A stretch of 64,000 nucleotides of DNA from Paraphysomonas bandaiensis. Taxonomy: Eukaryota > Protista > Chrysophyceae. Position 1 is the first letter of the stretch, and every line of letters begins with the position of its first letter. A program made the translations under genes and the position numbers. The notes under the pieces are model-generated. The model worked only from the letters and a program-made list of their open reading frames with translations. It did not search any database and was not told where the DNA came from. Below are positions 1 to 13,895 of the stretch, in pieces. The stretch spans positions 39,571 to 103,570 of the forward strand of contig CBFFRP010000026.1 in NCBI GenBank assembly GCA_965644295.1, in the 5' to 3' direction.

Positions 1-284
1 ACTAGCATTCCAATACTAGTATTCGTTACCAAACATTACATTAGTTTCGAGTCTACAATACAAGGAATTCATCCTTCGGGAAAGGTAACGTAACATATGT
101 ATCAATATATACAATATACATGTAGAAATTCCACTTATGAAAAAAAAGGTACTAAGTTTTTTATCAGCAAGAAATTATTCGAGTTGTTGAACCTAATCAC
201 ATGCAGCGATTCAATGACGTTGTACAAAACAGCAAAGTGAAGACAAAGCAAACCGCACTATTTCAAGCCATAAATAATTCCACA

Positions 285-3200
285 TCATTCTTGGATAGCA
301 AGCTGGGCTGAAAGACGCGAGTGTTCCTCTTCAAGTCGCTCCAGAAGCCTTTCTGACTCCGACCGCTGCAACTGTGCCGATTGCACTTTCCTGCTTAAAA
401 GTTCCTATCGAGATAATCTGTGAACTCTACAGCATATTACATATCTCCATATCACTATGCATTCATCCGTTCGACGTACACACAACAAAATTGATATATG
501 TACATATAACACTTGTGCTGTACCAGTTCAAATGACTGACACCGTGTATCCGAGTCGATATCAGCAAGGCACATAGCCCACCCTCGTTTGTCCTCCACAT
601 GCATCGCCATACGTTCTCTGCCCGACGTATGACTGTCCTTGAGATTTTGAACGTGGCCAGAAAGGAGCGATGCACTGTGTCCCATGCTAGACATCTGTGA
701 AATTTTTTAACCTTAAATGTATTGAAGCTTGACGTGTATAATTACCACATCCATGACTTTTTCTTCGATACTCTGTAAAAAATTTGTGTTCGTCTCACTT
801 TGACATTGCAGTTAGCACTAAAAATAATAATTGACGTTGTACTCACATATCCGATTCCAGGTCTTGGATGGAGGCGATTTCTTTAGCCTTTCTAGATAGT
901 GTCTGGGCTGGAAGAACAAATCTCAAATAGCAATAACCTACACATTTCCGACTAACTACTAACACCAATAGCAATACATTCATAGTCCTACACTCATATG
1001 ATTACACTCACATAATTACACACATATGATTACATTCATACGATTACTCTCATATAATTACACTCATATATATGATAACGCTCATACGATAACACTCATA
1101 TAATTACACACAAAATTACATTCACCTCATTACACACATACGATTACACTCATATGACAACGCTCATATGATTACAACCATACGACAGCACTCACACAAT
1201 TACACTTATTTCATAATACTCATGTAATAACACTCATATGATAATACTCATATGATTACACTCATATGATAACACTCATGTAATTACACTTATTTCATAA
1301 CACTCATGTGATAACACTCATATGATAACACTCATGTAACAACACTCATATGATAACACTCATGTAATAACACTCATATGATAACACTTATGTAATAACA
1401 CTCATATGATAACACTCATATGATAACACTCATGTAACAACACTCATATGATAACACTCATATGATTACAACCATACGATAGCACTCACACAATTACACT
1501 TATTTCATAACACTCATGTAATAACACTCATATGATAACACTCATATGATTACAACCATACGATTGCACTCACACAATTACACTTATTTCATAACACTCA
1601 TGTAATAACACTCATATGATAACACTCACACAATTACACTTATTTCATAACACTCATGTAATAACACTCATATGATAACACTCACACAATTACACTTATT
1701 TCATAACACTCATGTAATAACACTCATATGATAACACTCATATGATTACAACCATACGATAGCACTCACACAATTACACTTATTTCATAACACTCATGTA
1801 ATAACACTCATATTATAACACTTATGTAATAACACTCATATGATAACACTCATGTAATAACACTCATATGATAACACTCATGTAATAACACTCATATGAT
1901 AACACTTATGTAATAACACTCATATGATAACACTCATATGATAACACTCATGTAACAACACTCATATGATAACACTCATATGATTACAACCATACGATAG
2001 CACTCACACAATTACACTTATTTCATAACACTCATGTAATAACACTCATATGATTACAACCATACGATAGCACTCACACAATTACACTTATTTCATAACA
2101 CTCATGTAATAACACTCATATGATAACACTCACACAATTACACTTATTTCATAACACTCATGTAATAACACTCATATGATAACACTCACACAATTACACT
2201 TATTTCATAACACTCATGTAATAACACTCATATGATAACACTCATATGATTACAACCATACGATAGCACTCACACAATTACACTTATTTCATAACACTCA
2301 TGTAATAACACTCATATTATAACACTTATGTAATAACACTCATATGATAACACTCATGTAATAACACTCATATGATAACACTTATGTAATAACACTCATA
2401 TGATAACACTCATATGATAACACTCATGTAATAACACTCATATGATAACACTCATGTAATAACACTCATATGATAACACTCATATGATAACACTCATGTA
2501 ATAACACTCATATGATTACAACCATACGATAGCACTCACACAATTACACTTATTTCATAACACTCATGTAATAACACTCATATGATAACACTCACACAAT
2601 TACACTTATTTCATAACACTCATGTAATAACACTCATATGATGACACTCATATGATTACAACCATACGACAGCACTCACACAATTACACTTATTTCATAA
2701 CACTCATGTAATAACACTCATATGATAACACTCATATGATTACAACCATACGATAGCACTCACACAATTACACTTATTTCATAACACTCATGTAATAACA
2801 CTCATATGATAACACTCATATGATTACATTCATATGATAACACTCATGTAATTACACTTATTTCATAACACTCATGTGATAACACTCATATGATAACACT
2901 CACACAATTACACTTATTTCATAACACTCATGTAATAACACTCATATGATAACACTCATATGATTACAACCATACGATAGCACTCACACAATTACACTTA
3001 TTTCATAACACTCATGTCATAACACTCATATGATAACACTCACACAATTACACTTATTTCATAACACTCATGTAATAACACTCATATGATAACACTCACA
3101 CAATTACACTTATTTCATAACACTCATGTAATAACACTCATATGATAACACTCATGTAATAACACTCATATGATAACACTTATGTAATAACACTCATATG

Positions 3201-3873
3201 ATAACACTCATATGATAACACTCATGTAATAACACTCATATGATAACACTCATATGATAACACTCATGTAATAACACTCATATGATTACAACCATACGAT
3301 AGCACTCACACAATTACACTTATTTCATAACACTCATGTCATAACACTCATATGATAACACTCACACAATTACACTTATTTCATAACACTCATGTAATAA
3401 CACTCATATGATAACACTTATGTAATAACACTCATATGATAACACTCATATGATAACACTCATATGATTACAACCATACGATAGCACTCACACAATTACA
3501 CTTATTTCATAACACTCATGTAACTACACTCATATGATAACACATACACACATATGATAACACTCATGTAACTACACTCATATGATAACACTCATGTAAT
3601 AACACTCATAGTCATGCGCTCATTGCTTCTAGCTTTCTTACCATACGCAAATTCCGACATCGCAAGTCGTACTTTTAGTTCTGATACTACTAATGGGTTC
3701 ACTCTCTGAGCACGCACGGCTTCTATCTCCTCCTGAGCCATGATTGCTCTCTCCTTTAGATTAGTTAAACGCATATGTCTCTCTTCGCATGATGTTGCTA
3801 GTCTCTCAAGACGCTCAGCGGCACCCGTCCACGGGTTTTGGTTGTCTTCCTTATGGGGAGAAGTGCCGGACAT
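285..3873 (-). CDS. Spliced coiled-coil protein of unknown function; first intron (~910-3641) is a 14-bp minisatellite
   Basis: ATG at 3873 (MSGTSPHKEDNQNPW...EFAY) then a GTAAGA donor at 3641. In-frame exons resume after ttcttccag (~909: AQTLSRKAKEIASIQDLESD), then ETNTNFLQSIEEKVMDV and MSSMGHSASLL..., with a last exon ELLSRKVQSAQLQRSESERLLERLEEEHSRLSAQLAIQE* (TGA 285-287). Heptad-like E/K/R/L composition. The junction into the last exon is not fully resolved. Confidence 0.65.
985..3610. repeat. 14-bp minisatellite with several monomer variants and higher-order structure
   Basis: Monomers ataacactcatatg, ataacactcatgta, attacaaccatacg, atagcactcacaca, attacacttatttc and ataacacttatgta; about 185 units; degenerate at the left edge. 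Confidence 0.97.
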
Positions 3874-4354
3874 AGTGTGTACAGTAAGATTAGTATACAC
3901 TGCTGCTCATTCTACGATCAGATATCCACCCACATATGCATAGAACACATACACATATCCATACACTCCACTCACTTCACTCTGATCAGACCACCGCAGG
4001 TACTCTACGGTCTACGGGTCCACTGGAAGTGATAGAGTGAAGTGAAGTATGAAGTGCTTTCTGGGGATTCCAACTTCAAGGAAGAGACCAGCAGCGTCAT
4101 GTCCATATATGGGTTGGACACCTAGTCACATGCATATACACTGATGTCGTAGTATATCCTGCACAACCGTATATTTGGTATTCTGTATTCTAGCCGACAT
4201 CCTCTATCTATATACCCCTCGTATACATATATACAGCTGTATGTATATGCACGTCTCGTTTCAGAGAGGAGCATCACTTGCCTTAATAAATTTTATTAAT
4301 CACTGCACTTGTCGTCACTCGGAGTTGGGCCAATTGACCATTCAGAGGTGACCA

Positions 4355-6452
4355 ATGATATATTCAGCGATGATGCTCTCCTTGTCCTGTCTGGTGTCTG
4401 TGTCTGCGTCTGTATCCGCCTATATCGTTCCTCCAGCGGAGTTGAGGCCCAGTGTTTATCACGGGTGGGCCCATAAGCACTGGGTATGGAATCATAACAG
4501 TAACAATAATCAGGTCATTTTCTTTACTGCCCTTAATGCTCGTAGTAATGCGTTAACAGGATAGCACACTGGAGTTAGTGCAGGGGTATCTGGATCATGA
4601 CATTCCAGTGGGCGCTGTTGACATCGACAGTATGTGGGAGACGCAGTTCAATAACTTCGAACCGAATACAGATTTGTTTCCAGATATGGCTTCCATGATA
4701 TCTAAGCTTCATGACATGGATATTCGTGTGATTACTTGGGCTACAAGTATGATTAATGTTGAGAATCCGGATTTTGATATGTGCGTGGAAAAGAATTATC
4801 TCGTGCGGGATGCTTTTGGTGTAGCGCGCCCACTAGGCTGGTGGCACGGAGATGGATGCTTACTCGACTATTCCAATCCCGAGGCCGTTGCATGGTGGCA
4901 CACTAAAATGGATACCATACTAGACATGGGTGTAGACGGGTTCAAGACTGATGGGACAGACCCTTACATACTGGAGTATATTATATTTTCAGGTGCATAC
5001 TTGAAGCTCTATGTGCTAGCATAAAATGAACAACTGTATTTATATATTAGGAAGTGCTCTAGGGTACCAAAACGTTTCACTTACGTATCGCGATTACGCT
5101 AACGCTTACTACCGCGACTTTTTCACATACACAAGAGAGCACAGGGGCGAGGATGGTCTAATTATGTCCAGGCCAGTGGACTGCCAGCTCGACACAGTGG
5201 CCTCCTTGTGCACGCCTTTTAGTCCTCGCGATGTGATGCTGTCTGGATGGGTGGGAGATGATGATGCGACCTTCAACGGGCTAAGGGGCTGCATGCGAAA
5301 GGTCATATTCTCGGCGTGGGACGGATACGCGAACTTCGGGTGTGATATCGGGGGCTATCGAGGGGGCGACGACACGAAAGACAAGGAGGTATGTTGGCAA
5401 CCTGTGTATAGATATATATGTGCCATGCGATAGTTTCTTTTCCTGTTTGTGTAATTCTTTGTAGCTATTCGTGCGCTGGTCCCAGTACGGCGCTTTTCTT
5501 CCTCTGATGGAAAACGGCGGCGGAGGCGAGCATCGTCCATGGATGTATGATGAGGAGACCACCAACATATATCGTTCTTTTGTTAACGAACACTACCGCC
5601 TCATCCCCTACCTACTCACTAACGGTGCGATAAGTACTTCCAGTTTGTAGTTATATGTTTTCGTTGCATCTCATAACTGCGATTGTTTCATTTTATCTGT
5701 TGGTTGATAAATTTGGAGTAGGAATGGATGCGTACGACAGTGATGGTAACAGCACAGTTATCATACCGGTGGCAGCCCGCGCTGAATCCACTCCCAACTA
5801 CCGATTGACTCAGCCTTCCACTTACTCGTACTTGCTGGGTGAGAGTTTAATCGTTCATCCTGTGGCTTTCAATGCGGTTGAATCCGAATCGAGAGAAGGG
5901 GGAAGTTTGGTGGAGATGGTCTTTCCTAAAGAAGGGTCTGACGGGGAAGTAGGTGTGTGGGTTGACTGGTGGGCCCCGCACGATGCAACTCTAGCTGTTA
6001 ATGTCCCTGGAGGGGCAGAGTACCGCACCCATCGCAGAGTAGCCCTGGACACATATGCTGTGTATGCCAGGCGAGGGACTATCCTCCCTCTGTTTGCTTC
6101 ATCATCCGACGAGACGACATTATTTACTTGGTTGTCTCCTTACGAGGGCTCAGAAGCTGAAACATATGTCAGGGAGCCTGCGTCCGCTGGCCCTGGGCTT
6201 ATCGGTGGGCTAAGTCTTTCGAATGGTGGCGTCCTATCGGGGTATGTAAGTGCACATGAGTCCAAGCCCCATGGGGGGTATGGTTGGGTTGTCACCGCTG
6301 TGACCGAACCGGACGTCGTCACATTCACTGGTGCTGATGTAGCCACTTGTCAACACAACTACGATGGAGATACATCCACTCTGACACTGACTTGTTCTGA
6401 CGGTTCTGCCGGACTCCGTTTCGAAGCAACTGGAGTGAGAAGCAACTTCTAA
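4355..6452 (+). CDS. Glycoside hydrolase family 31 (alpha-glucosidase/xylosidase-like), likely secreted, spliced
   Basis: Hydrophobic signal peptide; DIPVGAVDIDSMW, DYSNPEAVAWW, GVDGFKTDG (nucleophile motif), WVGDD, GCDIGGY, LFVRWSQYGAFLPLMENGG and RPW motifs across short GT-AG introns (e.g. 4514-4559). Confidence 0.9.
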
Positions 6453-7487
6453 TAACTGTACTGCATAAACGGCTAATGATCCAGTTTTTTGGGATTCACT
6501 GTTGTAGTACTTCTGAAATTTGTGATGCAAAGTAATATTTAAACGTTAGTCCCACATCAGCTGTGATAATGATAATAATTATTGCTAATTTATTCTTAAT
6601 ATGAAATGTTAATGACTTTCTTCTATAATAAATTTATTTGGCTTCTGCGCTAAACTAGATAGTATTGAAGAGCAGATTGTTTGCTCTAGTACAGTGGAAG
6701 TGGAGTAATATTTTCCTCAATAGCATTCTTGAATGCTTCAATTAGTTTCAAGAGATTTTCAGGCTGCGAGTCGCACATAAACAGCATCTACCTCAACTAG
6801 TGCTGGATATAATTTGCATTAACACGCATATTTTCATTTAAATCAGTGCCATTTTATCAACTTATTTTAAGACATTAATCATGCTAAAACACCACTATCT
6901 ACGCGGTCTGATATCCGAATATATCAATGGGAACAATATTTTTAATTCATAGTTGTGCCTCATACGTTAGATAATCCGATAGTCATTCCTATTCTTGTCT
7001 AATACCGGCCCTTTCCATATATTTCAATTGATGAACATGATAAACAAACTTCCCACTCGATTATGGTTACGAGGGCAGACGGAAGACCAAATCATTGGAA
7101 TGAGCCTCCAGAAGATCCACTACAACACCATGGAATACGATAACTCCAGTTTATTCTTCCTTTATTTTCTAGATTTCTGACCATATTCTGGAGTTTCCTC
7201 ACTTGTATTTATATTTTCGGACACTTTTCGCATGTCTGCTGTATACGTATACGATTGGTATACCGTACCATATCGAAGTAGGTCGAAGTGTGTATTTGTA
7301 ATTTAAATACAGACAGAGCAGAGCAGAGCAGAGCAGAGCACTGTACACGAATACAGTCATCTTAAGAACACAATAATTACACACGCGGTGCTTTCACACC
7401 AGTGAAATACTTCGCTCTGACACACTCATGGTTCTCTAGTCTTCTTATTGTCTCAGCGACTGTAGCTGGCAGTGTGGTAAGCCTCTC

Positions 7488-10400
7488 ATGCAGCATAACC
7501 TCAAGAGTCAACTGGAGTGGCTGTGTGAGGTCGGTATAGCGCACCTGCATATACATATGTATGTTAACATATGCGCCTGTAGAATCAGGAGCACGCCCAC
7601 GGCGCAGGCTTCTCGTCCACAGGAGTTGTTTGTTCTCATCGAGAGGACAGCAGGTGAGAGGCGGCTGCGGTGTATGCCTCGTCTCTTACGGCTTTAACAG
7701 ATGTGATCTTGTGGCCGCATTTTCATCTGCACAGCATCACAGTGGCATATGTCTCTCTGAGATATCGAAGAAGTTTGACATATTGAGGTATTCATTCACC
7801 GCAACAACAATGTGCCTTCATCATTCTTGTGCCTGCAGGCTAGAGAAAAATAAGTCCATATCTTTAGAGCAAGAGAATATTCAAAGCAGGGAGCAGCAGC
7901 ATAGACAACACGCCCAACACAGAACCGTGTCATTACCACCTGTTATACAGAGCTCATTTTGTCAGACATCACTCCCACAACAGATCGAAAGGACTGAAGA
8001 ATTCGACCCAATCGATGAAGCATTTCTCAATATGGACGTTGAGGGTCAGTGAGTAATACCTGCTACGTTTTTGTGCTCACTCGTGTTGTTTATTTCAGCT
8101 TTAACGAACCGATACAAATCTGGCCAACGCCCAAGTACAGGTACACATTCTGGAGTGAATGCAAATACCAGTCGCACACCAACTCCCATTTCCTCGACGC
8201 ACCCCCCTGCTCCCGTATATGATAGTCACATGTCAGCTCCAGTCTCTTCTAGGCACTCACCTGCTCCTGTTTCATCTAGCCATGACAAGAGTGATTTGCT
8301 TGCTCGACTTCAGCGGCAGAGGGATGCTCTGGACGCTCAGATTGCCGCGCTTACACGAGATAGTAGCCCATGCAGTGTTACTACGCGCCAGAGCACTGGA
8401 GGGGAAACATATGGCTTACATCAAGGTACCGGGGTATCTGTGAATCATGCGCGGAGAGAAACAACTGCCCTTGTGGTGCCTACGGAACGAATGTGGGGAG
8501 AGACTTCTGGCGCCAGAAATTCAGCGGATCAAATGAACGGAGATATACCCGGACAATTCATGGATACCAGGGGGTCTGTATGTAATGCATGGGGTGACAC
8601 TTATGGTACCAGGACTCATGCGGATCAAACGAACGGAGATACTTTGGCATCCAATCAGAGAAGTGGTGGTTGGGAAGACACAGACTATGCTATACAGCAG
8701 AGGGTTGTTGCTGACGCAGCACCACGGAGTGGACCTGCACTTGGCATGTATGGGGGGGAGGACGACGACAGCGTACCGGACTGCCCTTGCGGGTACCGAT
8801 GTTTGGTCCTTACTTCACGTACATCTGCGAATATGAATAGGCAGTTCTACAAATGCCCTAATGGCGACCAAGCTGGTATTGGCATATCACGTTGCCGTAA
8901 AAATCTGTAATCATTTCCGTAGGCGGTGGATGTGGCTTTTTCCAGTGGGTGGATGGGGAGGTTACAGGGGCTTCCTTATCTGGCACTCCATTGGGTGTGG
9001 GCATCAAAGACTTTACTGTCGAGAATCGCCGTATATTTGGTCATAATTCTTTTAAGGAAGGCCAGCGGGAGTGCATTGAGGCCGCACTACAAGGTACAGT
9101 TTGCTTATCACCCTTGGTGTATGCGTATTACTGAAAATATTGTAGGAAGGGATGTGTTCTGTTTGATGCCGACTGGGGGAGGAAAGTCTCTGGTCTACCA
9201 ATTGCCAGCGTGGTGCTGTCCAGGACTGGCGGTGGTGTTCAGCCCTCTCGTGTCGCTCATACAAGACCAAGTCGATGCTATGACTGCAACAGGCATAAGG
9301 GCGGTGTATGTCACTTCCACACAGAGTGAGGCGGAGGTACAGCAAATATATCAAGATCTTTATAACGGTCACAACACCTCATCAAATGGAACTCCTGAAG
9401 ATGGTATAAAACTTCTGTACATTACACCGGAGAAGTTTAAGAACTCGCCGAAGATGAAAAATCTTCTTCGAAATCTCTATGGAAAGGGTTTGCTGTCACG
9501 GTTTGTTATCGATGAGGTAGGTCTATTGATATTACAAGCGCATGAACACTAATAGCACTATGTTGGAATGTCAGGCTCACTGTTTGTCAGAGTGGGGGTA
9601 AGTAATTCAATATTTGTGTCACAAGACCTCATGTGTTTTTAGGCATGATTTTAGGTAGGCTGGAGGTGACATGCTACAAGTGTTGTTTTCATCTTGCGTC
9701 AGGTCGGACTATTTATATCTCGGTAGTATACGTACAGATTATCCAAACACCCCCATCCTCGCTCTCACGGCCACTGCCAACCAAGCGGTCATCCAGGATT
9801 GCATACGCATCATTGGAATGCGCAATCCTTTCAGACATACTCACAGTTTTAACAGGCCAAATATAGAGTACACTGTGCGACCCAAAGATAGCAAAGTTAT
9901 CAAGAACATTGCTGATATAATTAAATCTAAGCGTAATCAAACTGGTGGGTTATAGAATTTATTGTTTAGCAGTAAGCCTAAATGCAAGTGCACAGGTATA
10001 ATTTATTGCTTTTCGAAAAGAGATACAGAGAAAGTGACCGATGAACTTCGACGTGCCATTCCCGAGATGCGCAACGCTATTGATTTTTATCATGCAGACG
10101 TTCCGGCTGATCTAAAGGAAAGGCGACAGCGACTGTGGTCTAAAGGCGATATTAAAATCATATGTGCCACTATAGCCTTTGGAATGGGAATAAATAAGCC
10201 AGATGTGCGCTATGTAATTCACTACTCAATGCCGAAGAGTCTTACGAACTTTTATCAGGCAAGATGTCGACAGTTGTAGGTAATTACGTGATGTGTTTTA
10301 GGAGTCTGGGAGAGCAGGTAGAGATGGATTTCCATCGGAGAGTATCGTATTCTACAGCTATACTGACAAACAAAAGCTTTGTGCCCTGTCACAAAAGGGG

Positions 10401-12398
10401 TCGGAAGGAGGAGGAAGGGGGGCTATAGAGCGTGCTCTCATGAACATCCAGAAGTATGACGTGTGTGATAGTGCACTGACTTGATGTCTGACTTTGTTTC
10501 GTAGATGTGCTGCATTTTGCATGAACGAGATTGATTGCAGACGCACGCAAGTGCTAGAGTACTTTGGAGAGGCATTTCCCCCAGAGAAGTGCAGTGGAAC
10601 GTGTGATAACTGTCGTCGACCCCGCGGTAGTTATCAATGGGAGGACTTTTCGGAACAGGGTAGGGTTGTACTACGTGTGGTCGCCGCCGTGTGCAATAGC
10701 AGTCTCCCGAAAGTAACCCTGAATCTCTTGCGATCAATACTTGCTAATTCGAAAGAAAAAAAGCTCGAAAGACATCGCGCCTTGTTGCAACAGGCTGGGA
10801 TGGATTACACCGTTAGGGGGAACGGGAGTGCTTCTAGCAAGCCCATCAGCAAATATATATGTGAGAGATTGCTCCAAGGTATGGTCTTACAAGGTTTCCT
10901 AATGGAAGAATCGCAGGCAAGTAATTATGTTGTTTGCAATTTGTAGTGAAATGAGCACTGATTGCAGGAAAACTTCAGCAAATTTACGGCGGAATATGTG
11001 GGAATTGGGCACCGTGCATCTGAGTTGGAGAGTGGAAAAGCTTCCTTGCGCATATGTGTCCCAGCGTCTACAACAAAGAACACGGTGACCAATGTTGCAG
11101 AGGCTATTATTGAGTCACATGATGACGACGATGGGGAATTGTCAGGACAGCTTCTTAGAACTAATGGTATTCAATCCACCAGATCTCGATTGAATGTCGC
11201 TGTTCCGAAGGCCACCCCCGCCACTGATAAGCAGCCGATGCAGACTTATGCTGCTCTAGCTGAGATGATGCCTGTGACTGGTGAGAAGTCTAACCATTCT
11301 AACTCCGCTTCTTCGCCGACTCGAGCTGGTGTCAGGAAAGGGCGACTGGGTTTGAAACAGGCCTCTCAAATTTCCAAGAAGATGAGACCCCAACCAAACA
11401 TGCGTCCTGCTAGCACTGAACCAACAGATAGTGATAGTGACTTCGACGATTGGGGTCGTTTGTCAGGCAAGAGACAGACTGTGCATACTAAAGATTGCGT
11501 AAATAAACGACCTAGAGTAGAGGAGTCTCCGACATCATCTAGCCCTCAGCAGTTTATTGATATTTCGTCATCACCTGAACTTCCCTTGTCTCCCGACATA
11601 TATAGCCATCAGAAGTACCATCAAGACCCTAAACCGGTGAATACTGCGAAGACGGTAGAAGCAGGGCTACATGACGGCACTTCAATTCTTACGAAAAAGC
11701 AACGCAGCAATTTCAGATCGTGGCTTCACAGCTATCGCAAGCGCTGGAACTGCTACTGGAACCATATGGATAGCCAGGCGGTAGTGGACCTCATCACTCA
11801 TGTGCCAGTGACTCTGGAAGAGCTCAGGAGCAAAGTTGTTGGTATGGGTGAGTACAAGATACGGAATGAAGGCAAGCATATTGTAGCCACTATTTGGGCT
11901 TTCCTAAAGAGCGAGGGTATTATTCATAAGTTTCCTTCCCTTTCTGAAGACTCCCCTCCCTACGACATACCAGACTGCCCGACCTGGCGGGACCCGTCAT
12001 CAGATGCAGCTGATGTTGTGAGGCAACAACATAGCGTGGTACATAATCAGAAGCTGCCAACAGCTGGGCAATCGTCCCTTGATATGCGGCCCGCAGTGAG
12101 CCCTGTGGGGAAAGAAGGGCATGACAGTCTGACTCAAAGTGCTGCAGCATGGCAGAATTACGAGGATACCACCCGTCTGTCAGTGAAAAACAACCAAGCA
12201 TATCAGTATCACACTAAGTCACCAGCCCTTGGACTGACTTCCCAACGGAGCCCAAGCAAAAATCAGCAGGTAAAAAGACATCTACAGTGCACAACAAATC
12301 CTTACGATGTTTATGGGTCCACTATGCCATCAACACAACGCGCGTCTATGAATCAAGCAGATGACGGTGTAGATGACGTTATAGATTATTTGGTGTAG
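7488..12398 (+). CDS. RecQ-family DNA helicase (BLM/Sgs1-like) with N-terminal GRF-type zinc finger, RQC and HRDC-like region; multi-exon
   Basis: LMPTGGGKSLVYQLPA; DEAHCLSEWGHDFR (assembled from micro-exons); ALTATA; ATIAFGMGINKPDVRYVIH; YQESGRAGRDG; CRR...C...CDNC Zn-binding RQC; CPCG...SRTSANMNRQFYKC...CGFFQW. Start codon is approximate. Confidence 0.92.
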
Positions 12399-12667
12399 TA
12401 GTAACTGTCGATATCCTTTGTTTTTTGTACTCTTTTTATTTTGATGTGGAAGATATGATAGAAGCATGTATTAGTCCTAATTTTAATTTGTACAGAGTCT
12501 TTCTACAGTTATATTGTCAAGTTTATGAATAGGGTGAGCAATTTGTTGAATAGTTATGTATGTCACATATATCATTCTTTAGTACTACAGCAAGCATTAC
12601 TGATGAGTAAACTGCAACTGTTACTGTCTATATTAAAACACGTAATAAAGTATTGAAGTATATTAGA

Positions 12668-12928
12668 AGTTCACCTTAAGGACTCAAAAATCCTAGTAGT
12701 TGATGTCTTACTATTTTAGCAATAGGTATTTAAGAGTCAATGTTTAACTCTGATGTCCTACAATATAGCGCTATGAAAGCTGCTTGTGTGTCACCGCAAG
12801 AGCCAAGGGGCAACCACTTCCGCTTTATTAATCAAAGCAAATGCAGTGAGCAAGCAGCAAGCAGAATGCTGATATACCTGACATCTGACATCTGCTAACT
12901 TCAGGATTTTGGGCCCTTAAGGTGAACT
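12668..12928. mobile_element. MITE-like element (family A) with perfect 14-bp terminal inverted repeats
   Basis: agttcaccttaagg (12668-12681) and ccttaaggtgaact (12915-12928), extending imperfectly inward (aaaatcct/aggatttt). Related sequence at ~39386-39425, ~47065-47410 (inverted) and ~60705-60885. Confidence 0.75.
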
Positions 12929-12945
12929 AGCCCGAATTTATGACT

Positions 12946-13895
12946 TCAGTAGCTAAGGTAGTCCAAACCCCGGATGCCCTTGAGGTGGGCCCATTCCCGG
13001 ATGATGCATGTTTACTCGACAAGGCCCAAAGACGTCTACACAGACTCTTATTAGTGTCCCTTGTACCACACAAACATTAGGCTATGAGTGGGCAGAACAA
13101 TATATGCACCACAAAAAGGTGCTAGTCCGACTTTGATGAAAAAAGTGGTCCGACGTTGATATGAAAAAAAGTCGTGAGACACAAAAGTCAGCAAATGTCA
13201 AGTATCAGGTATATCAACATTATCCCTCGATAAAGTCAGACTCTCACCTTCTTATGGTGCGGTAGGGGACAAGTACCGAAGATACTTCTCCGGGAAACTA
13301 ACATGATCCACATATACTGACAGCAGATATTGTTCTGCCCATTCATAGCCTAATACTTGTGTGGTACAAGGGACACTAATAAGTTTCACTTGTGTATAGA
13401 CGTCTTTGGGATTTGCCGAATAAACAGTCATCAGGGAATGGACCCATCTCAAGGGCATTCGGGGTATTAGGCTGCCTACTGAGTCTATGTTACTCGTATT
13501 GCTCCATTGGTGTAGTATTTATTGTTTTGAAATTCAAAATTCTGTGGCTTGACTAAAAATAAGACTTGCAACGAGTGAAGATATAGCAAGAAACAAGTAG
13601 TTACGACCATAATACAGAATACAGAATACAGCGCAGTAACTACTTAAAAGACTATTGAAGCAGATACTATCAAGATATATATTATTGAAGATAGTCGGAC
13701 TTGCACCTTTCCGTGGTGTTCTGGGCTCCGGGGAATAAGAACCGGAGATATTTCTTCGGGAAACAAACGTGAGCCGCATATATAGTCAGCACCTCTAGCC
13801 AAATGCTTGTGTATACAAGAGACACTGATAAGGGTCACTTGTATAGACGTCATAGACGCCCTGATGAATAAACAGTCATCCGGGAATGAGCCCAT
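12946..13895. repeat. Dispersed repeat family B: three local copies, one inverted
   Basis: 12946-13107 is the diverged reverse complement of 13325-13482; 13235-13482 is directly repeated, diverged, at ~13690-13895; another copy at ~46195-46370. Confidence 0.75.

Noticed and set aside
985-3610. Possible CRISPR-like array
   Set aside because: All units are variants of one 14-bp monomer; there are no unique spacers or cas genes, and the context is eukaryotic and intronic.
12678-12920. Family A as a TTAA-target (Kolobok/piggyBac-type) element inserted in a palindrome
   Set aside because: Other copies retain gttc(a/t)cctt outside the TTAA, suggesting it belongs to the TIR; the TSD remains unresolved.
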